Shown here: positions 11,635-20,771 of the stretch, piece after piece | Layout: every line of letters begins with the position of its first letter | Numbering within the stretch: position 1 is the first letter of the stretch | Source of the DNA: Fastidiosibacter lacustris | GTDB lineage: Bacteria; Pseudomonadota; Gammaproteobacteria; Francisellales; Francisellaceae | DNA length: 32,000 nucleotides | Direction of reading: 5' to 3' | Assembly (NCBI RefSeq): GCF_003428155.1 | Contig: NZ_QLIR01000011.1 | Coordinates: forward strand, 30,001 to 62,000 | Notes under the pieces: generated by a model | Database searches by the model: none | Seen by the model: only the letters and a program-made list of their open reading frames with translations | What the model was told of the DNA's origin: nothing | Program-made: the position numbers and the translations under genes

Positions 11635-13521
11635 TTATTGTCCTTCAAACTCAGAAAGCATTTCCCAGAGCTGGTATTTTTCATTTAGCAAGGTTGTTTT
11701 TTCTTCTAGTATCTGCTGGGTTTGTTGAATGTTGACTTTATCTTGTTGGTAAAATTGGGGTTCAGACATTTGTTGTTGCAAAGATTGAATTTCAGACTCA
11801 AGTTTTTCAATTTCATCAGGTAAGGCAGCAAGTTGTTTTGTTTGTGCATAAGAGAGCTTTTTTGGGGGATTCGCTTTATCTTTTATTGGCTGGACTGACT
11901 TTGGTTTTGATTTTTCAAGAACTTCAGATGCAAATTGTTTTTGACGCAGCCAGTCGTCATAACCACCGATGTATTCTTCCAACTTTCCATTGCCTTGAAA
12001 CACGATTGTGCTAGTAGCTATATTGTTAATAAAGCTTCGATCATGGCTAACGATAAGCACAGTACCGGTATAGTCAAGAATCAAACTTTCTAATACTTCT
12101 AAAGTTTCAACGTCTAGGTCATTAGTTGGTTCATCAAGTACCAAAATATTACTGGGTTTGGCAAAGAGTTTAGCAAGTAATAGGCGGTTACGTTCTCCTC
12201 CTGAAAGTGAGGAAGCGGGGCTTTGCATGCGTTTTGGGTCAAATAAAAAGTTTTGAAGATAGCCTATAACGTGTACTTTTTGATTATTGATATCAAGATA
12301 ATCACTACCTTCCGTTACATTATCAACTAACGATAAGTTGGGATTAATTTGATTTCGAAGCTGGTCAAAATAAGCAATTTGTAGGTTTTCACCGTGAATA
12401 ATATTGCCAAAAGAGGGAGGGCGCTTTTTAAGCAAAACCTGTAGCAATGTACTTTTACCACAACCATTCGCACCAAGGATTGCAATTTTATCTCCACGTT
12501 GTATTTCACATGAGAAATGATTAAAGATTGAGTTGTTTTGATAACTAAAACCAAGGTTTTCAGCTCGAATAACAACTTTGCTGGATTTACTACCTTGGGA
12601 TGCACTTAATGATACATTACCTTGTTGTTCTCGCCTTGCACTTCTTTGTTCACGCATGATTTTAAGCGCACGAACGCGCCCTTCGTTACGTGTGCGCCTG
12701 GCTTTAATGCCTTGACGAATCCAAGCTTCTTCTTGCTTAAGTTTTTTATCAAAATTGGTATTTTGCACATCTTCAGCGTGTAAATATGCTTCTTTTTGTT
12801 CTAAGAAGCGTTCATAATTTCCTGGAAAACTAAGAACTTTACCTCGATCAAGTTCCATAATATCAGTGGCAATATTTTGTAAAAAACTACGATCGTGAGT
12901 AATAAATAAAATACTACCTTTAAATTGCAATAAAAAACGTTCAAGGAACTCTATCGATTCGATATCAAGATGGTTAGTTGGCTCATCTAATAGTAATAAG
13001 TCAGGTGATTTTACAAGCGCCTTAGCTAGTAAAACTCGACGCTTAAGACCTCCAGATAAATCATCAAACGGAGCTTCTTTATCTAGTGATAACTTAGAGA
13101 GCACTTTTTCCACTTCAGTTTGAGCTTCCCAACCATGTGCATCGTCAATTTGTTTTTGTAAGTCGCTTAGTTTAGATAGGTTATCAGGCAAGCTTAAATC
13201 AGTTTGCAGTTGATGTTGATAACTTGTTAATATTTGACCAAGTTCCCCGAAACCCGCTAAAACAACGTCAAAGACCGTGCCTTTAGTATTTTCTGGTACC
13301 TCTTGTTCAAGCCATGCAATTTTGGTGTTATTATGAACAATTCGTTCACCACTATCAGGTAAAATTTGACCTTGTAATACTTTAAAAAGGGAGGATTTTC
13401 CTGTGCCATTTCGTCCAATTAAACAAATACGTTTATTGGACTCGATGTCTAAAGAAATATTATCAAGGAGTTTATGGTGACCAAAGGCAAGGTCGGCATT
13501 GCGTAAAGAGATAATAGCCAT
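11635..13521 (-). CDS. uup: ABC-F family ATPase, Uup type
   Basis: Two ABC cassettes (LIGRNGTGKSSLFKVL, DLSGGLKRRVLLAKAL, LLLLDEPTNHLDIESIEFLE; ILGANGCGKSTLLQVL, SSLSGGERNRLLLAKL, ILVLDEPTNDLDVETLEVLE) plus a C-terminal coiled-coil extension typical of Uup. Confidence 0.93.
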   Translation of the reverse strand: MAIISLRNADLAFGHHKLLDNISLDIESNKRICLIGRNGTGKSSLFKVLQGQILPDSGERIVHNNTKIAWLEQEVPENTKGTVFDVVLAGFGELGQILTSYQHQLQTDLSLPDNLSKLSDLQKQIDDAHGWEAQTEVEKVLSKLSLDKEAPFDDLSGGLKRRVLLAKALVKSPDLLLLDEPTNHLDIESIEFLERFLLQFKGSILFITHDRSFLQNIATDIMELDRGKVLSFPGNYERFLEQKEAYLHAEDVQNTNFDKKLKQEEAWIRQGIKARRTRNEGRVRALKIMREQRSARREQQGNVSLSASQGSKSSKVVIRAENLGFSYQNNSIFNHFSCEIQRGDKIAILGANGCGKSTLLQVLLKKRPPSFGNIIHGENLQIAYFDQLRNQINPNLSLVDNVTEGSDYLDINNQKVHVIGYLQNFLFDPKRMQSPASSLSGGERNRLLLAKLFAKPSNILVLDEPTNDLDVETLEVLESLILDYTGTVLIVSHDRSFINNIATSTIVFQGNGKLEEYIGGYDDWLRQKQFASEVLEKSKPKSVQPIKDKANPPKKLSYAQTKQLAALPDEIEKLESEIQSLQQQMSEPQFYQQDKVNIQQTQQILEEKTTLLNEKYQLWEMLSEFEGQ

Positions 13522-13531
13522 AATGATAAGG

Positions 13532-14122
13532 TTAGATGATTTTATTTAATTCGGCTAAACTGCGTGAACCGAAGTCATGACCAATGCTGGCCCCTAAGCG
13601 TTTAGCAATAAAGCTGGCTGAAATGATTCCACGAATAACAGCGTTACCATGTTTATCATATTCTTGAATAAGCAAATGATCAATTTGCTGATCGTGCATT
13701 AAACGTGCAAGATGTCCAACACGTGCATCTTTTAATACATCGTATTCTAGAACAGGTAGCGCATTGATTTTGGTCATAAGCATTCCACTCGTCATTTCTT
13801 TAAAGTGAACACCTTCTCGCTGTGCAACTTGTGTTCTATATACACCATGCAAGCGTTTTGCATTGATAAGACCAATGATTTGGTCATCATTATTAACAAC
13901 TAGTAAAGAATGTACTTCAACTTTTTGCATCTTTTGTAAGGCATCGTCAATTAAAGCTTTTACATGGATAGTGTATGGCTTTACGATATGAAAATCAGAA
14001 AATACGTCTAAAGCTCGTGTTTCAAGCGATATCACATCCATGCTTTCAGGGTGATAATAAGGAATACTTTTTTGTACTGTGTGAGTAATAGTTTCCAGTA
14101 GTTTATAATCTTTAAATGGCAT
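13532..14122 (-). CDS. CBS-domain-pair protein
   Basis: Two CBS-like units (SDFHIVKPYTIHVKALIDDALQKMQKVEVHSLLVVNNDDQIIGLINAKRL; ALPVLEYDVLKDARVGHLARLMHDQQIDHLLIQE). Internal start MPFKDYKLLE at 14122 is preferred over the track's 14191. Confidence 0.75.
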   Translation of the reverse strand: MPFKDYKLLETITHTVQKSIPYYHPESMDVISLETRALDVFSDFHIVKPYTIHVKALIDDALQKMQKVEVHSLLVVNNDDQIIGLINAKRLHGVYRTQVAQREGVHFKEMTSGMLMTKINALPVLEYDVLKDARVGHLARLMHDQQIDHLLIQEYDKHGNAVIRGIISASFIAKRLGASIGHDFGSRSLAELNKII

Positions 14123-14335
14123 AAATACTCGTCCTTTAATCTTTAGTGATAAGTCGCACATAAGTCTAATCAGGATTGCGCTACATTGCAAACCTTGTGA
14201 GATGTAAAGTTAACATATGTCTATCAGCTTGCTTGTAAAAACTTTGTAGCGTCAACCAAAATAATAGCCAATTGCCGGCAACAGTATTTTAGTCTGTTTA
14301 TTATCTGAGTTTTCTTATGCTTGAAAATATGCTTA

Positions 14336-14355
14336 AATCAAGCAGCTGTTTGATT
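14336..14355. promoter_or_regulatory. Near-perfect 20-bp dyad upstream of fumC (possible operator)
   Basis: AATCAA-g-CAGCTG-t-TTGATT: 9 of 10 half-site positions are symmetric, centre is CAGCTG, and it ends 19 nt before the fumC ATG at 14375. Confidence 0.35.
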
Positions 14356-14374
14356 ATAAATGGAGTTAAATAAC

Positions 14375-15754
14375 ATGGGAATACGTATAGAAACTGATAG
14401 TATAGGTGAGATTGAGGTCAATAGTAACAAGTATTGGGGTGCGCAAACAGAGCGCTCATTGATACATTTTTCAATTGGGAACGATTTAATTCCACAGGAA
14501 GTCATCAAGGCGATGGCAATATTGAAAAAAGCATCTGCTTTAGCAAATTTTGAGTTAGGGCTTTTAAAAAAAAAATACAAGGATTTAATTGCTCAAGCAG
14601 CTGATGAAGTTATAGATGGCAAGCATGATGATCAATTCCCCTTACATGTGTGGATGACTGGCAGTGGCACACAATCAAATATGAATGTTAATGAAGTAAT
14701 TTCAAATCGTGCTATTGAATTAGCAGGTGGGATATTAGGTAGTAAAGATCCTATTCACCCTAACGATCATGTCAACATGTCTCAATCATCAAACGATACT
14801 TTCCCAACAGCTATGTATATTGCAACAGCAATCAGCGTAAAAAAGAAACTTGTTCCCGCTTTGCAAACGATATATACGGAAATGAATAGTAAAGTTAAAG
14901 AATGGGAAAAAATTGTAAAGATTGGGCGCACTCATATGCAAGATGCAGTGCCTTTAACGTTAGGGCAAGAGTTTTCAGGATATGCTGAGTTATTAAAGCA
15001 AGATATTAGCCGTTTAGAAGCAGCATTAACAGATGTTTATCAACTTGCAATTGGAGGGACAGCAGTTGGGACGGGATTAAATGCACCAAAAGAATTTGCA
15101 CAAAAAGCATGTAAGCATATTGCGAAAATTACGGGATTGCCTTTTATTTCTGCTGAAAATAAGTTCGCAGTACAAGGCTCACACGATGCTTTAGTAGCAA
15201 TGATGGCACAAATTAAAGTGTTAGCAAATTCATTATTTAAAATAGCCAATGATATCCGACTGTTAAGCTGTGGACCTCGCGCTGGTTTCCATGAACTTTT
15301 GTTGCCTGAAAATGAACCTGGTTCTTCTATTATGCCTGGCAAAGTTAACCCTACTCAATGTGAAGCGATGACGATGGCATGTGTGCAGGTTTTTGGTTAT
15401 GATCTGGCAGTAACCATTGCAGGCAGTGCGGGTTACTTGGAAATGAACGTTTATAAGCCGCTCATTATCTATAATATTTTGCAATCTATAAATATGTTAT
15501 CGGATAGCTGCATTAATTTTACACGTTTTACGTTAGCGGGCACAAAACCTAATAAAAAGAAAATTGAAGAGTATTTACATAATTCGTTGATGCTTGTGAC
15601 AGCATTAAGTCCCGTGATTGGGTATGATAAAGCATCAAAAATAGCGCATTATGCCGATAAACATAACCTATCCTTAAGTGAAGCAAATAAGGCTTTAGGT
15701 TTTTTGCCTGAAGATGAGTTTAATCAGGTGGTCGATCCTTATAAAATGGTTTAA
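14375..15754 (+). CDS. fumC: Class II fumarate hydratase
   Basis: [75 protein letters not shown], signature [15 protein letters not shown]. Start corrected from 14360 to 14375. Confidence 0.97.
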   Translation: MGIRIETDSIGEIEVNSNKYWGAQTERSLIHFSIGNDLIPQEVIKAMAILKKASALANFELGLLKKKYKDLIAQAADEVIDGKHDDQFPLHVWMTGSGTQSNMNVNEVISNRAIELAGGILGSKDPIHPNDHVNMSQSSNDTFPTAMYIATAISVKKKLVPALQTIYTEMNSKVKEWEKIVKIGRTHMQDAVPLTLGQEFSGYAELLKQDISRLEAALTDVYQLAIGGTAVGTGLNAPKEFAQKACKHIAKITGLPFISAENKFAVQGSHDALVAMMAQIKVLANSLFKIANDIRLLSCGPRAGFHELLLPENEPGSSIMPGKVNPTQCEAMTMACVQVFGYDLAVTIAGSAGYLEMNVYKPLIIYNILQSINMLSDSCINFTRFTLAGTKPNKKKIEEYLHNSLMLVTALSPVIGYDKASKIAHYADKHNLSLSEANKALGFLPEDEFNQVVDPYKMV

Positions 15755-15788
15755 CAATGGATGGTTCTAAGAGTTTGTCGCACAACCC

Positions 15789-17198
15789 TTAGAAGTTATC
15801 ATAAAAGATTTTAATCACTTCGTTTTGGAAAATACGTGATTTCACACGTTGACTTTGGGTTAGGTTGTTAAGCATGATTGAAAAGCTAACCAGGTGATTT
15901 TTTTTGGTTAACAGATAACCTGATAGAGTAGACACCCCCGCAAGCGTACCAGTTTTAGCATGGACCTTGCCTTGGAGTTTCCCCACCATTCGATAAGCAA
16001 GTGAACCATCTTCACCTGAGCTAGGCAGTGCATTAAAAAACCGTTTACCAATTATGCTATTGTAAACTTTCGTGAGTAACTCCACCATAAAAATAGGGGT
16101 GACAATATCTAAGTGAGAAAGCCCTGAACCATCTTCCATGTGTAGCTCACCTATATTAACGCCATAGCTTTTTTGAATGATGGATTTGATTGCTTTGGTT
16201 GCACCTTCTGTTGTGCCACTGCCTAACAAGGTGTAACCAACTGTGCGTGCAAAGCTCTCAGCATATAGATTATCGGATTTTAGTAGCATGTGACTAATCA
16301 TATCATCGATTGATGCGGAGGTTAGTTTAACAAGCATGGTGAGTGGAGTTTTTATTGGTAGATTACCAAAGGTCACATTTCCTGAATAATGGATGCCAAC
16401 TTCACGCAAAAAATCTTTAATGGTGTGTTGCGTTTTAAGTGCTGGATTTGCAACTGCAAGGTTCAAATAAAACTCGGCTTTTTGTGGTAGACACCCAGAT
16501 AGGTTAAGCACATTATGATTGGTCATTTGGATATCAAAGGTACAGTTTTTACGCTCACTTGGTGGAGCAAGTCTTGTTGTATTATTGATTGTAATATTAC
16601 GGGTATTGGAAACCTCTTTAACAGTTGTTTTGTTGCCAGTTGTATTAATAAGCTTGATCACAAAGCAGTTTTTATTCACATTTAGACTTGAAGCAGGTGC
16701 TGCAAAACAGTAAGGAGTATCGCTTTTTGACCAGCCATTTGGAACGTAATCACCTGAGAAGTGATTGGCGATAATAACTGCATCGCCATTTATTTTTTGT
16801 ATCCCACGTTGTTTGATCTGTGAGATAAGGTTGTAAAGTTCTGAACCTGTTAAGCTTGGATCACCTGTAAACTCAAGGTAAAGATTGCCATTTAAGGTAC
16901 CATTGCTAAATTGTGACTTGTCATATAAGACCGAAGTTGTAAATTGGAAGTTTTTTGGCAAGGCTGTTAATGCAGCAATGACCGTGAAGATTTTATTGTT
17001 ACTTGCCGGAATAAACGGGAGATTTTCAGCGTATTTATAAAGCACTTGTCCAGAGCTCACACGTTGAGCAGCAATACCTATAGAGGCGTCGGATAAATGA
17101 TATGTTTTAACCAAAGATTGAATTTCACTTTGTACAGAGCCCATCGTTAGCGTAACGTTGCCAATAGTAAAAAATAAAAATAATGTTAATTTTTTCAC
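15789..17198 (-). CDS. dacB: D-alanyl-D-alanine carboxypeptidase/endopeptidase, PBP4 (peptidase S13) family
   Basis: Signal peptide-like N-terminus; active-site SxxK as PASNNKIFTVIAAL, SxN as MLLKSDNLYAESFAR, KTG as LQGKVHAKTGTLAGVSTLSGYL. Confidence 0.92.
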   Translation of the reverse strand: MKKLTLFLFFTIGNVTLTMGSVQSEIQSLVKTYHLSDASIGIAAQRVSSGQVLYKYAENLPFIPASNNKIFTVIAALTALPKNFQFTTSVLYDKSQFSNGTLNGNLYLEFTGDPSLTGSELYNLISQIKQRGIQKINGDAVIIANHFSGDYVPNGWSKSDTPYCFAAPASSLNVNKNCFVIKLINTTGNKTTVKEVSNTRNITINNTTRLAPPSERKNCTFDIQMTNHNVLNLSGCLPQKAEFYLNLAVANPALKTQHTIKDFLREVGIHYSGNVTFGNLPIKTPLTMLVKLTSASIDDMISHMLLKSDNLYAESFARTVGYTLLGSGTTEGATKAIKSIIQKSYGVNIGELHMEDGSGLSHLDIVTPIFMVELLTKVYNSIIGKRFFNALPSSGEDGSLAYRMVGKLQGKVHAKTGTLAGVSTLSGYLLTKKNHLVSFSIMLNNLTQSQRVKSRIFQNEVIKIFYDNF

Positions 17199-17288
17199 AA
17201 TTATGGATCAGTTTAGACTATCGAATTTGCAGAATGTTGTTGATAATAGCAAGATTTTAAAAACCTTGTCACGTGTGATCTAGCGATT

Positions 17289-17651
17289 ATGTATAAACTT
17301 AAATTAAATGGTATAGCTTTAAATACTTATCTTGGTGTTTATGATTTTGAACAACAACAGATGCAAACCGTTCTAGTTGATGTAATTGTAGAGTTTAAAA
17401 ATATTCCCAAAGCCTGCATAAGTGACGCACTTGAAGATACTTTTTGTTACGCGCAAATAAACGAAGTGTTAATGAGAACGGCCGCATCAAAACGTTATCA
17501 ACTTATTGAGCATTTAGCGCAGTCTTTGCTAGATGCTTTGGTTTTACACCTTAATCATCCATTAAACGTCTATCTTGAGTTACATAAAACCCCACCTCTA
17601 GAGAATGTAGTAAATGCAAGTTTTTGTGTGGAGTATATATGCCAAAAGTAG
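17289..17651 (+). CDS. folB: Dihydroneopterin aldolase
   Basis: LNGIALNTYLGVYDFEQQQMQTVLVDVIVEF...YAQINEVLMRTAASKRYQLIEHLAQSLLDAL...LELHKTPPLENV: FolB pattern; overlaps the folK-folP fusion. Confidence 0.9.
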   Translation: MYKLKLNGIALNTYLGVYDFEQQQMQTVLVDVIVEFKNIPKACISDALEDTFCYAQINEVLMRTAASKRYQLIEHLAQSLLDALVLHLNHPLNVYLELHKTPPLENVVNASFCVEYICQK

Positions 17652-18937
17652 TGTTAGGATTAGGGAGTAATTTAGGTGCTAAGCTTGATTACTTACGCAA
17701 AGCAGTTGATCTTATTGATAAACGTATAGCTAAAATCATTGCTACTTCAAAGATTTATCAAACATCAGCATTGTTGCCACAAAGTGCACCAGTAAGTTGG
17801 AATATAGATTACTATAATATGGCGCTTCTTATTGAAACAACGCTTGAACCACAAGCTCTTTTATTAGGGATTAAGGCAATTGAAACAGAAATGGGGCGTG
17901 ATGCACTACATGCGTTTTGGTCACCTAGAGAAATTGATATTGATATTCTGTGTTATGGAGATGTAACTTTAAGTAGTGATGCTCTTAATATTCCCCATAA
18001 GGCATTATTGGAGCGTAATTTTGCGTTAAAACCTTTGTTAGAGGTTTACCCTAATTGGCGTTATCCAAATAAAGACATAGATTTATATGAATACTTAAAA
18101 AAAATGGAAAAATTGAAGCTTGCCCCTTTTACTTTATCAGCAACTCAAATCATGGCAATTGTAAACTTATCAATAGATTCATTTTCAGCGGAAGAAGCTC
18201 AGCCACCAACTGTCGATGAATTTGCAGGTTATGTTATGAGATTGATTGAAGAAGGAGCGGAAGTCATTGATTTAGGTACAGAGAGTACTAAACCACAGGT
18301 AAAAGCAAAAACTGCTGAGAAAAATTGGCTCATGCTTCAGCCTTATTTAATTGTCTTAGATGAGTTGATAAAATATACTGGCTTATCAGTTACACCTAAA
18401 GTGAGCATTGATACCTACCATGCGCAAGTTGTTGAAAATGCCTTGCACTATTCATGTGTGAATATGATTAACGACGTTTATGGTATAGAAGCCCAAGCTA
18501 TTGCAAATCTTATTAAAGGCGCTGATATTAAATATGTCTTTATGCACCAATTAGGCAAAGCGGCGACAAACTACCTTGACATTAATCGCGATCCTGTTTT
18601 AGAAGTTATTGAGTATGCGCAACAAAGAATCGCGGATCTTATGTCGTGGGGGATGAAAAAAGAGCAATTAATATTTGATATAGGAATTGGTTTTGGTAAG
18701 CACGATTATCAAGCACGTGCCTTACTTAAGCATGTAGATAAAATTAAATCAGCGTTAGGCGTGGAAATACTGATTGGTCATTCGCGTAAGTCATCAGTTA
18801 TGCGAGTGGTTGAAGGCAAAAGCAATTTATACAAAGATATTGCAACGGCAATGATTGCTCATGAGCTTATCCAAAAAAATGTGGATTATCTTCGTGTCCA
18901 TAACGTTGATTTAACGAATATGGCAAGGCAGATATAA
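17639..18937 (+). CDS. folKP: Bifunctional HPPK-DHPS (6-hydroxymethyl-7,8-dihydropterin pyrophosphokinase / dihydropteroate synthase) fusion
   Basis: HPPK: VVLGLGSNLGAKLDYLRKAV...ETEMGRDALHAFWSPREIDIDILCYG...IPHKALLERNFALKPLLE. DHPS: IMAIVNLSIDSFS...GAEVIDLGTESTKP...VSIDTYHAQV...MINDVYG...FDIGIGFGK...IGHSRKSS...RVHNV. Start preferred at ATG 17639 over the track's TTG 17624. Confidence 0.92.
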   Translation: MPKVVLGLGSNLGAKLDYLRKAVDLIDKRIAKIIATSKIYQTSALLPQSAPVSWNIDYYNMALLIETTLEPQALLLGIKAIETEMGRDALHAFWSPREIDIDILCYGDVTLSSDALNIPHKALLERNFALKPLLEVYPNWRYPNKDIDLYEYLKKMEKLKLAPFTLSATQIMAIVNLSIDSFSAEEAQPPTVDEFAGYVMRLIEEGAEVIDLGTESTKPQVKAKTAEKNWLMLQPYLIVLDELIKYTGLSVTPKVSIDTYHAQVVENALHYSCVNMINDVYGIEAQAIANLIKGADIKYVFMHQLGKAATNYLDINRDPVLEVIEYAQQRIADLMSWGMKKEQLIFDIGIGFGKHDYQARALLKHVDKIKSALGVEILIGHSRKSSVMRVVEGKSNLYKDIATAMIAHELIQKNVDYLRVHNVDLTNMARQI

Positions 18938-19039
18938 GGCAGTCTAGATTGGTTAAACTAGCATGTTGTTATAGCTTCAAGTTTATAATTTGCTACAATG
19001 TGTTCATTAGTCTTCAATGAACACTGGATTTTTGTTCTT

Positions 19040-19969
19040 ATGAGCTTTGAAAAAGCATTGTCGTTGGTCAATGTCAACAAAATTTATAAAGGTGGATTGC
19101 ACGCGGTTAAAGATATTAGTTTTGATGTTTATCCAGGTGATTTTTTTGCACTTTTGGGTCCAAATGGTGCTGGTAAATCAACCACCTTAGGCATGATTTC
19201 ATCTTTGGTTAACAAAACAAGTGGCAGCATAGAAGTGTGTGGTTTTGATACGGTAAAAGATGCGTATATGGCGCGTAAACATTTGGGTGTAATGCCGCAA
19301 GAAGTTAATGTAAATGTCTTTGAAACACCTTTACAGATCCTTTTAACCCAATCAGGTTTCTTTGGTATTTCACGTAATGAAACTGTTCCTTATGCAGAAA
19401 AGCTATTAAAAGACATGGCATTATGGGATAAAAAAGACACACAAGTCCGATTTTTATCAGGCGGAATGAAGCGCAGACTTATGGTTGCTCGTGCATTAGT
19501 TCATAAACCAAAGGTATTGATTTTAGATGAACCGACAGCAGGTGTAGATGTTGAGTTAAGGCAAATATTGTGGCAGCAGATAAAAGCTTTAAATGACAGG
19601 GGTTTAACCATTATTCTCACTACACATTATTTAGAAGAAGCAGAAAGCATGTGTAATCGTATTGCACTTATTCATAATGGTAAGCTTCATATCAGTTCAG
19701 ACATGAAAACTTTTTTGCGTTCGGTTGAAAAAGAAACTTATGTTTTTGATTTAAAGCAACCCATAAGCATGAATAAATTTAGTTGTGAATATGGTCAATT
19801 TACAGTTGTTGACCAGATGACTTTAGAAATTGAAGTAGGTAAAGATGTATCCTTGAATCAATTATTTGCAGGGTTATCCGAGCAAAATATAGAAGTGATA
19901 AGTGTTAAAAGCAAAACGAATAAATTAGAAAAATTATTTATTGATGTTGCTAGAGAAAAAGTGTGGTAG
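19040..19969 (+). CDS. ABC-2 type transporter ATP-binding protein, YadG-like
   Basis: ALLGPNGAGKSTTLGMI, RFLSGGMKRRLMVARALVHKPKVLILDEPTAGVDVELR, followed by a matching permease. Start corrected to MSFEKALS at 19040. Confidence 0.93.
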   Translation: MSFEKALSLVNVNKIYKGGLHAVKDISFDVYPGDFFALLGPNGAGKSTTLGMISSLVNKTSGSIEVCGFDTVKDAYMARKHLGVMPQEVNVNVFETPLQILLTQSGFFGISRNETVPYAEKLLKDMALWDKKDTQVRFLSGGMKRRLMVARALVHKPKVLILDEPTAGVDVELRQILWQQIKALNDRGLTIILTTHYLEEAESMCNRIALIHNGKLHISSDMKTFLRSVEKETYVFDLKQPISMNKFSCEYGQFTVVDQMTLEIEVGKDVSLNQLFAGLSEQNIEVISVKSKTNKLEKLFIDVAREKVW

Positions 19970-19974
19970 AGGAC

Positions 19975-20754
19975 ATGACAATTAAAGAATATTGGACGAT
20001 TTATTATACGCTTCTTAGAAAAGAAGTTGTGCGCATATTTAGAATATGGCCACAAACGATTTTACCATCTGCCATTACGATGAGTTTATATTTTTTAATA
20101 TTTGGCAAAGTCGTTGGTGCACGTGTTGGAATGATGGATGGCTTTGATTATATGCAGTTTATTACTCCAGGACTTGTTATTATGGCGGTGATTAACAACG
20201 CCTATGCAAATGTAGTTGGATCTTTTTATGGTGCGCGTTTTAGTCATTCAATCGAAGAATTACTTGTTTCTCCTGCTAATAACCATCTGATTATTTTGGG
20301 ATATATTTCGGGTGGGATTGTGCGTGGTGTAATTGTTGGTGTATTGGTAAGTATTGTTGCGGCACTCTTTGGTGGAATATCATTACATTTTCATAATCTA
20401 TTATTGATTATGCTTGCCTTTTTATTGTGTGGGGCGTTATTTTCATTGGGCGGGTTGCTCAATGGGATATTTTCCCAGAGCTTTGATGATACAACCATTT
20501 TCCCAACTTTTGTATTAACACCACTGATTTACTTAGGGGGTGTATTTTATGGTCTAAGCGTATTGCCGCCATTTTGGCAGCATATTGTTCAATATAATCC
20601 ATTGTTTTATATTGTTGATTTTGTGCGTTTTGCTTTTATTGGATATTCTTCAATGAACCCCACAATTGCTTTTGTTGCAATTATTATCTTTATCGTTGTT
20701 TTATATAGTCTTGCATGGTATTTATTATCGCGTGGTATTCGTCTGAAGTCTTAA
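19975..20754 (+). CDS. ABC-2 type transporter permease, YadH-like
   Basis: MDGFDYMQFITPGLVIMAVINNAYANVVGSFYGARFSHSIEELLVSP, FDDTTIFPTFVLTPLIYLGGVFYGLSVLPPFWQ. ATG at 19975 preferred; ORF open from GTG 19963. Confidence 0.93.
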   Translation: MTIKEYWTIYYTLLRKEVVRIFRIWPQTILPSAITMSLYFLIFGKVVGARVGMMDGFDYMQFITPGLVIMAVINNAYANVVGSFYGARFSHSIEELLVSPANNHLIILGYISGGIVRGVIVGVLVSIVAALFGGISLHFHNLLLIMLAFLLCGALFSLGGLLNGIFSQSFDDTTIFPTFVLTPLIYLGGVFYGLSVLPPFWQHIVQYNPLFYIVDFVRFAFIGYSSMNPTIAFVAIIIFIVVLYSLAWYLLSRGIRLKS

Positions 20755-20771
20755 ATTGAGTATTTTAATAA

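Noticed and set aside
15040-15484. Minus-strand ORFs of 100 and 73 aa within fumC
   Set aside because: They mirror the fumC signature region ([11 protein letters not shown]) and carry no independent protein-family signal.
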